8,395 nt of DNA from Candidatus Nanopusillus sp. (GCA_028275775.1 JAPWTZ010000019.1:1-8395), one strand, 5' to 3'; positions 1 through 6,028 are shown, numbered from the stretch's first letter. The notes: generated by a model not told the origin, from the sequence alone. A program made the numbers and translations.

Positions 1-768
1 AAAGAATCTCCTGATTTTGAATTTTCAAAGAAAATATATATTGGAGATTCTGTTCTTTTTTCAAATAAATATCCATATGGAAAATATCATGCAGTATTGG
101 TTCCAAACTATAAAAAACATGTAAAGAATTTTTCTCAAATAAGTTATTTAGATCTTTACAATTCATTCATGCTAATAAAAGAATTTTATGAAAGAGTACC
201 TAAAAAAGATTATAAATATATATTTATTAATTTAAATAAAGGATTTTCTGCAGGTGCATCACAAGAACATTTACATTTCCAAATATTGATTGAAAAAGAA
301 CCAACAAATTATTTTAAAATTTATCTAGATAAATCTAACAAATATTTTGATAAATATAAAAAATTCTTTATAGAAGATTATTTTAATTTTGAAAAACAAT
401 TAAATGAAAGAATAATATTAGATGGAATAATCAAATTATGGTCTTCTTTTGCTCCATTTAGGAACAATGAATTAATTGGATATGTTGATACATTTGGTAT
501 ATTTTTCTTATCACAGAATAAATTTGAAGAATTCATTAAAACTTTATACAATATTTTAGTTACATATGAAAAATTATATGAGAATTTCAATTTAGTTATA
601 TTTGATACAACATTATTAAGAGAATCTAGATCATATCCAATTATTAAAATAGCACAAAGACCTTTATTTGATATTGGTTATATGGAAACTTGCCATTTAG
701 AATATGTTGTTTCATCAATACCTGAAGAAACTGCAAAAGAATTTAAAGAAAATTTCGAAAAAATTTAA
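1..768 (+). CDS. GalT-branch HIT-superfamily nucleotidyltransferase (galactose-1-phosphate uridylyltransferase-like); 5' end lies outside the window
   Basis: Frame 1 is open from nt 1 (KESPDFEFSKKIYIGDSVLFSNKYPYGKYHAVLVPNYKKH...), so the TTG at 97 in the ORF track is probably internal. The block FINLNKGFSAGASQEHLHFQI matches the GalT active-site signature (F-x-N-x-G...G-x-S-x-x-H-x-H-x-Q, cf. E. coli [20 protein letters not shown] recalled from memory). About 165 aa follow the motif, consistent with the second half-barrel of GalT-type proteins. Stop TAA at 766-768. Confidence 0.7.
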   Translation, partial: KESPDFEFSKKIYIGDSVLFSNKYPYGKYHAVLVPNYKKHVKNFSQISYLDLYNSFMLIKEFYERVPKKDYKYIFINLNKGFSAGASQEHLHFQILIEKEPTNYFKIYLDKSNKYFDKYKKFFIEDYFNFEKQLNERIILDGIIKLWSSFAPFRNNELIGYVDTFGIFFLSQNKFEEFIKTLYNILVTYEKLYENFNLVIFDTTLLRESRSYPIIKIAQRPLFDIGYMETCHLEYVVSSIPEETAKEFKENFEKI

Positions 769-780
769 CAAAAGCAATAC

Positions 781-790
781 TATCTTTTTT
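781..790 (+). terminator. Oligo-T tract (tatctttttt) 13 nt after the GalT-like stop; possible archaeal intrinsic terminator
   Basis: T6 run at 785-790 immediately downstream of the stop codon. Archaeal RNAP terminates at oligo-T. T runs are common in this AT-rich sequence, so this is weak. Confidence 0.35.
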
Positions 791-1012
791 CTAATACGTA
801 TTATTAGATTTTCTTTCAAAAGGATTATATTTATTATCTGTTTTATATTCTGTTTTTGGGCCAACTAAATAACTCTCCTCATATGTTTCCCTTTTATCAA
901 GTAGTTTACTTATATCATCAAGTGTTTTATATAATCTCCCGAGTATTTCCTCTAGAGATTCACCTTTAATAGCTTCTTCATAATTATTAACAGACTTTTT
1001 TATATAACGCAA
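791..1012 (-). CDS. Small hypothetical protein (73 aa), TTG start, distal cistron of a two-gene operon
   Basis: The ORF has no internal Met. The first canonical start is TTG (complement of 1010-1012), with no ATG/GTG/TTG between it and the upstream in-frame stop (1049-1051). A GGGTGA Shine-Dalgarno-like motif lies 10 nt upstream. The N-terminal half is helical and charged (EEAIKGESLEEILGRLYKTLDDISKLL); the C-terminal tail is polar. No family recognised. Confidence 0.5.
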   Translation of the reverse strand: MRYIKKSVNNYEEAIKGESLEEILGRLYKTLDDISKLLDKRETYEESYLVGPKTEYKTDNKYNPFERKSNNTY

Positions 1013-1022
1013 ATATTTGTCG

Positions 1023-1028
1023 TCACCC
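1023..1028 (-). promoter_or_regulatory. Shine-Dalgarno-like motif GGGTGA for the 73-aa ORF
   Basis: The minus strand reads aaGGGTGAcgacaaatatTTG. GGTGA is complementary to the conserved archaeal 16S 3' end (..UCACCUCC). It is the only G/C-rich patch in the 50-nt gap between the two minus-strand ORFs. Confidence 0.45.
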
Positions 1029-1062
1029 TTTAATAGCCTATGCTTAATTTAACCATAAATTA

Positions 1063-1656
1063 TTATTTATAATATGCGATAAAACTAAATCTATAATTCT
1101 TCGGATAAGATAACTCAATTTCACCATCATTTTTGTTTTTTCTTACTCTTAAAGCTACAAATCGAGAAACATAGTTATTTGTAGACCATCCAAAGATAAT
1201 GCTATTTTCATTCATTTCTTCGAGTATCTTGTAAGAGTCTGATGTTTTTCCTTCAAAGTCTATTAATATTTTTGAATAATTTCCCCCAGAGTCCAAATGA
1301 GAACTATTATTTCTTTTATATTTCTCTTTATATACTTCAGTAGTTAGCTGTATAGCTAGCTTTTCTATATCCTTTATTAATTTTTTAATTTCCTCTATAT
1401 TTTCATTTACTCCCCCTATATTAATACGAATATTATAATAGTTCTCTTCATAACTAGATTTACTACGATATATATATTTGTACTTATATTGAGAGCTTTT
1501 CCTTAATTCGACAAGACCTATTCCCTCATGTCCATTGGGTCCTCTATATATTTCTATCCTAACATTCTTTCTCCCAGGACCTAAGAAACTTGAAAGCATC
1601 CACATGCTTGCTAGTATCTCATCAAGAGTTTTGAATGAATTTCCTTCATTACCCAT
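1063..1656 (-). CDS. Hypothetical protein (197 aa), no recognisable family; possible internal two-fold repeat flanking a central helix
   Basis: A 197-codon ATG-start ORF is unlikely to be random in such AT-rich, stop-rich DNA. A TATA-like palindrome lies 21-32 nt upstream of the ATG. Residues 8-64 and 142-197 look weakly similar by eye (FKTLDEI/YKILEEM; NGHEGIGLVEL/NDGEIELSYP; YKYKYIY/YRFSFIAY). Confidence 0.75.
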   Translation of the reverse strand: MGNEGNSFKTLDEILASMWMLSSFLGPGRKNVRIEIYRGPNGHEGIGLVELRKSSQYKYKYIYRSKSSYEENYYNIRINIGGVNENIEEIKKLIKDIEKLAIQLTTEVYKEKYKRNNSSHLDSGGNYSKILIDFEGKTSDSYKILEEMNENSIIFGWSTNNYVSRFVALRVRKNKNDGEIELSYPKNYRFSFIAYYK

Positions 1657-1740
1657 AGAGGATAATTATAATAGAAATATTTAAATATCTTTATATACAA
1701 TATTTAAAAATTTATGACTACTTAAAGACCTTTTTAAAAT
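1657..1740. promoter_or_regulatory. 84-bp divergent promoter region with back-to-back TATA-like boxes
   Basis: A perfect 12-bp palindrome atatttaaatat at 1677-1688 lies 21-32 nt from the minus-strand ATG at 1656. The 10-mer aatatttaaa occurs at 1676-1685 and again at 1699-1708, the second copy about 33-42 nt upstream of the plus-strand ATG at 1741. Further TATA-like strings are ctttatata (1689-1697) and cctttttaaaat (1729-1740). Confidence 0.5.
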
Positions 1741-2184
1741 ATGGCAATATTACTTCAAAAAACCTATGGGATTTTTATATTATTTGGTAATAACCTGGTA
1801 GAATACGAAAGAATTAGAAATAATGGAAAGTTTTTGGAAGAATGGATAAAAGATCTTAAAAAAGAATTAAACAATCAATATAAAATAATTTTTGATAGAC
1901 TTGAATCTTTAAAAGAATTAAGAGGAAAAATAGAAAAATTAAATGGAGAAATAAAATTAGAAAACTTTTCAATTCCATTATTTTCAGATAGGATAAGTAG
2001 GGATATAAGGATTATATTTTCTATATTTAAAAATACACATAAAATTGTTGTTTGGGGAATAGATCATCATGAAAAAGCATATGGAAAAATAATAAGGCAT
2101 GCTGAAAGTTTTATAAAAAATCATAAAGAATTAATATTAAATTTCTTAGGAATAAAAACAGAACCTAAAAAATTATGGATATAG
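1741..2184 (+). CDS. RelE/ParE-superfamily-like protein with N- and C-terminal extensions (147 aa)
   Basis: The core IKDLKKELNNQYKIIFDRLESL...RISRDIRIIFSIFKNTHKIVVWGIDHHEKAY follows the RelE/ParE pattern. That pattern is helix 'kdLkkL..q.ri...l..L', then 'R.r.gdyRiiy.i....ivil.i.hRk.vY' (cf. archaeal RelE ...[31 protein letters not shown], recalled from memory). It is longer than typical toxins of about 90 aa. An alternative in-frame TTG at 1834 would give 116 aa. The last 12 nt overlap the asnS 3' end. Confidence 0.55.
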   Translation: MAILLQKTYGIFILFGNNLVEYERIRNNGKFLEEWIKDLKKELNNQYKIIFDRLESLKELRGKIEKLNGEIKLENFSIPLFSDRISRDIRIIFSIFKNTHKIVVWGIDHHEKAYGKIIRHAESFIKNHKELILNFLGIKTEPKKLWI

Positions 2185-3525
2185 CCAACTACCTCTTAAT
2201 CTTGGGAATGGTTGTGTATCTCTAATATGATCTAATTTACATATCCATCTTAAGAATCTCTCAATACCCAATCCCATTCCTGAATGCGGAACAGATCCAT
2301 ATTTTCTTAAATCTTCATACCATTCATATGCACTTATTTCCTCATTTCCAACTTTAACCTTTAATTTATCCAATCCCCATTCTTCAATCTTTTTATGTAA
2401 TATATCATATCTCCATTCTCTTTCAGATCCCCCAATTATTTCTCCATATCCTTCTGGAGCAAGTAAATCAAAGTTCTTTACAGTTCCATCTCCAACTTCA
2501 TACATATAAAATGCTTTTACTTCCCTTGGATAATATGTAACAAATATTGGTACATCAAATTGTTCTGTTAATAATCTTTCTTCATCAGATCCCAAATCAT
2601 CTCCATATTTTATATTTACTCCCAAATCCTGTAATTTCTTTATTGCATCTTTATATGTAATAATTTTCCATGGCTTTTCAACAAATTGTTTTAATTCATT
2701 TATATCTCTTCCTGTAATATTTTTTAATTCTTCAAATTCAGATTTTCTTTCCTCAATTGTTTTTTCAATTGAATATTTTAATGATTCTTCCATAACTTTC
2801 ATAATATCTTCCATATGATACCATGCAGCCTCAATTTCAAAATGCCAATATTCATGTAAATGTCTCTTAGTTCTAGATAATTCTGCCCTAAATGATGGAG
2901 TTAATGAATAAACCTTTTCTAATGAAAATATTAATGCTTCTAAATATAATTGTGCAGATTGAGATAAATATGCCTTATCTTCGAAATATTTTACTTCAAA
3001 TAATTCTGTAGTATTTTCTGCAGCATTTCCAACCAATATTGCTGGTGTTACTTCATACCATCCATCCTTTATAAACCAATCCCTCAAATTTACAATTAAA
3101 CTATGTTTTATTTTTAATACATCTGTAAACCACCTTGTCCTTATCCATAAATGTCTATACTTTTGTATTGTATCTATATCTTCATCCCCTTTTAATGGAA
3201 ATGGCTTTCCATAATCATATACTTTTATTTTTTTTACTTCTATTTCATATCCTCCAGGTGCTCTTTCATCTTTTCTTAATATTCCACTTACTTCTAAAGA
3301 ACCTTCAATTTGAAATTTTGTTGCATCTTCCCATGTTTTTTGATCAACATTTTCTTTTTTTACAACTGCTTGTATTATTCCTGTAGAATCCCTTATTACA
3401 AAGAAAATTTTATCTTTCATATCCCTCATTCTATAAACCCATCCTTTTATACTAACCTCCTTACCCAAAAAATCTTCCTTCAAAATATCTTTTATAAATA
3501 TTGTTTTCATCATAAATTCACTCAT
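2173..3525 (-). CDS. asnS: Asparaginyl-tRNA synthetase, archaeal type (class IIb)
   Basis: Full-length resemblance to archaeal AsnRS. It has an N-terminal OB anticodon-binding region (IRDSTGIIQAVV, DERAPGGYEIEV) and YRHLWIRT. The AsnRS-type block is YLSQSAQLYLEALIFSLEKVYSLTPSFRAELSRTKRHLHEYWHFEIEAAW, where AspRS has LAQSPQLYKQ. Further matches are LAPEGYGEIIGGSERE and motif 3 YGSVPHSGMGLGIERFLRWI...PFPR. The start could also be Met5 or Met6 (MSEFMMK). Confidence 0.93.
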   Translation of the reverse strand: MSEFMMKTIFIKDILKEDFLGKEVSIKGWVYRMRDMKDKIFFVIRDSTGIIQAVVKKENVDQKTWEDATKFQIEGSLEVSGILRKDERAPGGYEIEVKKIKVYDYGKPFPLKGDEDIDTIQKYRHLWIRTRWFTDVLKIKHSLIVNLRDWFIKDGWYEVTPAILVGNAAENTTELFEVKYFEDKAYLSQSAQLYLEALIFSLEKVYSLTPSFRAELSRTKRHLHEYWHFEIEAAWYHMEDIMKVMEESLKYSIEKTIEERKSEFEELKNITGRDINELKQFVEKPWKIITYKDAIKKLQDLGVNIKYGDDLGSDEERLLTEQFDVPIFVTYYPREVKAFYMYEVGDGTVKNFDLLAPEGYGEIIGGSEREWRYDILHKKIEEWGLDKLKVKVGNEEISAYEWYEDLRKYGSVPHSGMGLGIERFLRWICKLDHIRDTQPFPRLRGSWLYP

Positions 3526-3577
3526 TCCGACTTTCCATCAATATTAGATATTTAAAAATATTTATAAATGATAAAGA
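3526..3577. promoter_or_regulatory. 52-bp divergent asnS/acylphosphatase promoter region
   Basis: The AT-rich core atatttaaaaatatttataaa (3547-3568) contains tttaaaaata (3551-3560). This box starts 27 nt upstream of the acyP ATG (3578) and ends 26 nt upstream of the asnS ATG (3525) on the other strand. That leaves room only for leaderless or near-leaderless transcripts. Confidence 0.45.
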
Positions 3578-3847
3578 ATGAAAGCTGTAAAGGTAATTAT
3601 ATATGGAAAAGTCCAAGGTGTTGGGTTTAGAAATTTTGTATTTTTACATGCTAAGAGATTAAATATTAAAGGATATGTAAAAAACAATCCTGATGGAACT
3701 GTAGAGGCTGTTTTTGAAGGAGATGAGGATAATATAAATAAGATGATTGAATTATGTAAAAGAGGACCTGAAAGGGCTAGGGTTGATAAAATTGATATAA
3801 AAGATATAGAAATTAAAAACTATCAGGATTTTAGAATAATAAGATAA
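3578..3847 (+). CDS. acyP: Acylphosphatase
   Basis: 89 aa, with the hallmark N-terminal phosphate-binding loop V-x-G-x-VQGVGFR (IIYGKVQGVGFRNF). It also has GYVKNNPDGTVEAVFEG and typical family length. Confidence 0.9.
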   Translation: MKAVKVIIYGKVQGVGFRNFVFLHAKRLNIKGYVKNNPDGTVEAVFEGDEDNINKMIELCKRGPERARVDKIDIKDIEIKNYQDFRIIR

Positions 3848-3880
3848 ACTTTATATAATACTGAAGATTTTTATATAATT
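3848..3880 (+). promoter_or_regulatory. Promoter with duplicated TATA box (tttatataat twice)
   Basis: tttatataat occurs at 3850-3859 and again at 3870-3879. The first copy starts 31 nt upstream of the ATG at 3881 (leaderless geometry); the second abuts the ATG. The T5 run at 3868-3872 could also terminate acyP transcription. Confidence 0.45.
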
Positions 3881-4291
3881 ATGAAAAATAATGAAAATGA
3901 AAATATTTCACCAGAGGAAGAGGAAATATATAAAAAAGTTGAAGATATGTATGAAAAAATTGTTGAAAATCTAAATAAAACTTATCAATTAAAGAGAGAA
4001 GATAATAAGGATATAGAGAAATTTAATAAAGAATATACAAATATGTTTGAATATGAAAACAAATTATATAATTATTTAGATGAATTTGCCGGAAATATTG
4101 GTAAATATAACAAAAAATATTATAAAAAATTAAATAAAGAATTAAATAAATATAAAAAAGCATATGAAAAAAGCTTAAAAAATACTTTATCTATATTTAA
4201 AAAAATAATTAATAAAAGAAGAAAAATAAAAAAACATATTGAAAATATAATAGAATTAGTAAGAGAATTAGAAAATATGAAGGGACCGTAG
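3881..4291 (+). CDS. Lys/Glu/Asn-rich coiled-coil protein (136 aa), acidic N-terminus and strongly basic C-terminus; function unknown
   Basis: A 136-codon ORF in stop-rich AT DNA with a well-placed TATA box. The N-terminus is acidic (NENENISPEEEEIYKKVEDMYEK). The C-terminus is basic (KKYYKKLNKELNKYKKAYEK...KKIINKRRKIKKH). The final codons GGA CCG TAG (4283-4291) lie inside the tRNA acceptor stem. Confidence 0.65.
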   Translation: MKNNENENISPEEEEIYKKVEDMYEKIVENLNKTYQLKREDNKDIEKFNKEYTNMFEYENKLYNYLDEFAGNIGKYNKKYYKKLNKELNKYKKAYEKSLKNTLSIFKKIINKRRKIKKHIENIIELVRELENMKGP

Positions 4292-4354
4292 TCTAGTGGC
4301 TATGATGCCGCCCTGACTAGGCGGAGGTCCGGGGTTCAAATCCCCGCGGTCCCA
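4282..4354 (+). tRNA. tRNA-Val (anticodon GAC), 73 nt, no encoded CCA, no intron
   Basis: Manual cloverleaf. Acceptor stem is GGGACCG (4282-4288) with CGGTCCC (4347-4353), discriminator A4354. D arm is GTCT / AGTGGCTA / TGAT. Anticodon stem is CCGCC (4308-4312) with GGCGG (4320-4324), and the loop is CTGACTA, giving anticodon GAC (4315-4317). Variable loop is AGGTC. T arm is CGGGG / TTCAAAT / CCCCG. The sequence after it is ctt, so CCA is not encoded. Confidence 0.9.
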
Positions 4355-4370
4355 CTTATATTTTTTATTT
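4355..4370 (+). terminator. Oligo-T tract after the tRNA (cttatattttttattt); also TATA-like for the next gene
   Basis: The T6 run at 4361-4366 begins 7 nt after the tRNA 3' end. The same string starts 31 nt upstream of the ATG at 4386 and resembles a TATA box. Confidence 0.45.
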
Positions 4371-4385
4371 ACAAAATAGTAGTAT

Positions 4386-5237
4386 ATGAATGATTTATTA
4401 GAGTACGTAAGTACAAAGATTTACAAAAAGTTAGAAAAAAGTTTCGACAGAAAGATAACTCTTTTAGAATATTTAATTGGAGAATCTCCTTTAATATTCT
4501 TATACAAAAGAGAATTATTGAATTGTAAAGATATATCATCGAGTTACCTACCAGATCGTTATTATTATTCTATTAGAACATTTAAGATATTTAATTTAAT
4601 TGAATACAAAGATACAGAGATATGTGATTTATCAAAATTGGCTGAAATTATGTTAGGAAAATATATATTAGAAAAAGATTTATCTAAAATAGCTAGAGCA
4701 AAATATGAATATATAAGAGATAGTAATTTCTTTGAAGAATTAGGTGAAGATACTCTTTTAGCTCTATGTAAAAATCTCTATAAAGAAGAAAACTTTTATC
4801 ATTTTCCTAAGCAATATTTCATCTATTATTTTATTATAGAAAAATTATACGGAGGGGTAGAAAATGATACTCCTTATATTATAGAACTATTAAGGGGAAA
4901 TAAGAGAATAATAGCCCTTTTATCTCTTTATCTTTTAAATTTAAATCATCCTAACTGGTCTTTTAAACAAGAATACATAGCAGAAAATATAAAGGATATT
5001 GCGGGTCATAGATGTGTAAATTTACTTTTTACTTCAAGAGGAAGAAAAAGATATACTATATCACATCTATTTGCACGCATGAAGCGTTTTGTTATTAGAT
5101 CTAGTAGCAGTACAGCATATAAGAAATATAGAATATCACAGGAAGGAAAAGAATTTATTGAATATATTTTAATGCAAATTTATCCTATAGAATACTCTTA
5201 TAAAAATCATATAAAAACTTTCAACATAATAATCTAA
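4386..5237 (+). CDS. Tandem-paralog family member A (283 aa): predicted double winged-helix protein, unknown function
   Basis: A long ORF with an ATG start and TATA-like geometry. It shares five collinear blocks with the next two ORFs. Examples are NLIEYKDTEICDLSKLAEIML (wH wing 1), TPYIIELL, IIALLSLYLLNL and a C-terminal KKYRISQEGKEFIEYIL (wH wing 2 plus helix). Confidence 0.85.
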   Translation: MNDLLEYVSTKIYKKLEKSFDRKITLLEYLIGESPLIFLYKRELLNCKDISSSYLPDRYYYSIRTFKIFNLIEYKDTEICDLSKLAEIMLGKYILEKDLSKIARAKYEYIRDSNFFEELGEDTLLALCKNLYKEENFYHFPKQYFIYYFIIEKLYGGVENDTPYIIELLRGNKRIIALLSLYLLNLNHPNWSFKQEYIAENIKDIAGHRCVNLLFTSRGRKRYTISHLFARMKRFVIRSSSSTAYKKYRISQEGKEFIEYILMQIYPIEYSYKNHIKTFNIII

Positions 5238-5290
5238 ATTTTTATATATAATTTCATCTTTATAATCTTTATTTATAAGTAGTAATTATT
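5238..5290 (+). promoter_or_regulatory. Intergenic promoter for paralog B
   Basis: TATA-like strings are tttttatatata (5239-5250), ctttataat (5258-5266, starting 33 nt upstream of ATG 5291) and ctttatttataag (5267-5279). Confidence 0.4.
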
Positions 5291-6028
5291 ATGACAACTT
5301 CAAGGATAGATGAATTATTAACAAAGATTCAGATAAAAAGTTATGAATCAAATCAATCAATATTACAAACAGTTATCGAAAATGATACTATTTTATATCT
5401 TTTAATGAAAATATCTGAAGGGCAATTATCTGAAAGCGATATATATTCGTATTATCATACTCTTTTATATCTTACCAGAAAAAATCTTATAATAAAAGAA
5501 AAAGATACGTATCATTTAACAGATATTAGTAAGACAATAACTGAAAAAATCAAATATGAATTAAAATTATTAAAAAATATCAATAATGAAAATCTGGATA
5601 GTATAGATACATATAATTTATTAGAATCTACTTGTGAAAATATAGTAGAAATTAGTAGATCAAAGAAAATAAAACATCCTTTCTCTTATATAATATTTCA
5701 ATGCCATAATCAACAGGGTCCTTTCACATCATATTTTGTAGGAAGAAATGGAATAATATTAATATCTTTATACTATTTATCATGTAAAAAAGGAAAATGT
5801 TATAATTGGTGGTATTCGCCAAAACAAATAAGGGACAGATTATTTAATATACCTGGATGCTATAATAATTTTGGAGATGGCTTTAATATTAACCCTTTAG
5901 TAAAATATGGACTTGTATACCAAAGAAAAGGATTAAGAAATATTTCAAGATATAAATTATCTGAAGAAGGTTATAATGTTGCAAAATTTATATTAAAAAA
6001 TTTAGCAATAGTATATAAATATTATTAA
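5291..6028 (+). CDS. Tandem-paralog family member B (245 aa): predicted double winged-helix protein, unknown function
   Basis: Blocks shared with paralog C are NQSILQTVIEN / NESILQALEEK and RKNLIIKEKDTYHLTDISKTITEKI / ENGLLKCNDNYCEVTDDGISLYEKY. Further shared blocks are HPFSYIIF / NPFVEMLL and IILISLYYLSCKKGKC / VLTLLLMYRLTLSCEFNGRC. The last is PLVKYGLVYQRKGLRNISRYKLSEEGYNVAKFIL / PLLSHGLIEEKSDSERKRYRLTQIGYWVSRYL. Confidence 0.85.
   Translation: MTTSRIDELLTKIQIKSYESNQSILQTVIENDTILYLLMKISEGQLSESDIYSYYHTLLYLTRKNLIIKEKDTYHLTDISKTITEKIKYELKLLKNINNENLDSIDTYNLLESTCENIVEISRSKKIKHPFSYIIFQCHNQQGPFTSYFVGRNGIILISLYYLSCKKGKCYNWWYSPKQIRDRLFNIPGCYNNFGDGFNINPLVKYGLVYQRKGLRNISRYKLSEEGYNVAKFILKNLAIVYKYY

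Noticed and set aside
378-590. 70-aa minus-strand ORF inside the GalT-like gene
   Set aside because: It lies entirely antisense to a CDS with recognisable family motifs and has no promoter or SD context. It is a typical shadow ORF.
1741-1836. N-terminal 31 residues of the RelE-like ORF as a fused antitoxin, or a wrong start
   Set aside because: It is too short and too hydrophobic to call an antitoxin domain. An in-frame TTG at 1834 is a possible alternative start. However, the ATG at 1741 has the promoter-like context, so the longer model is kept with a caveat.
1984-2070. Possible C/D-box sRNA on the minus strand (ATGATGA from 2064-2070, CTGA from 1984-1987)
   Set aside because: The boxes are about 80 nt apart, longer than typical archaeal C/D sRNAs. 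No C'/D' boxes or terminal stem were seen. The region lies inside a coding ORF, where these short motifs are expected by chance. Other TGATGA occurrences (about 3508, 2590 and 7700) are also codon-explained.
2173-3525. Aspartyl-tRNA synthetase as an alternative call
   Set aside because: The sequence has AsnRS-type blocks (YLSQSAQLYLEA, SFRAE.SRT.RHL.E.WH.E.E, GGS.RE, YGSVPHSG.GLG.ER). It lacks the archaeal AspRS versions (LAQSPQLYKQ, SSGGQREH, PPHGGFGLG, ...FPRDRRRLTP).
3135-3555. Two plus-strand ORFs (3135-3386 and 3310-3555) rich in Leu/Phe/His
   Set aside because: Both are antisense to the confidently assigned asnS. Their low-complexity hydrophobic composition is what the reverse complement of Lys/Glu/Asn-rich codons produces. 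The second would also run through the asnS/acyP promoter.
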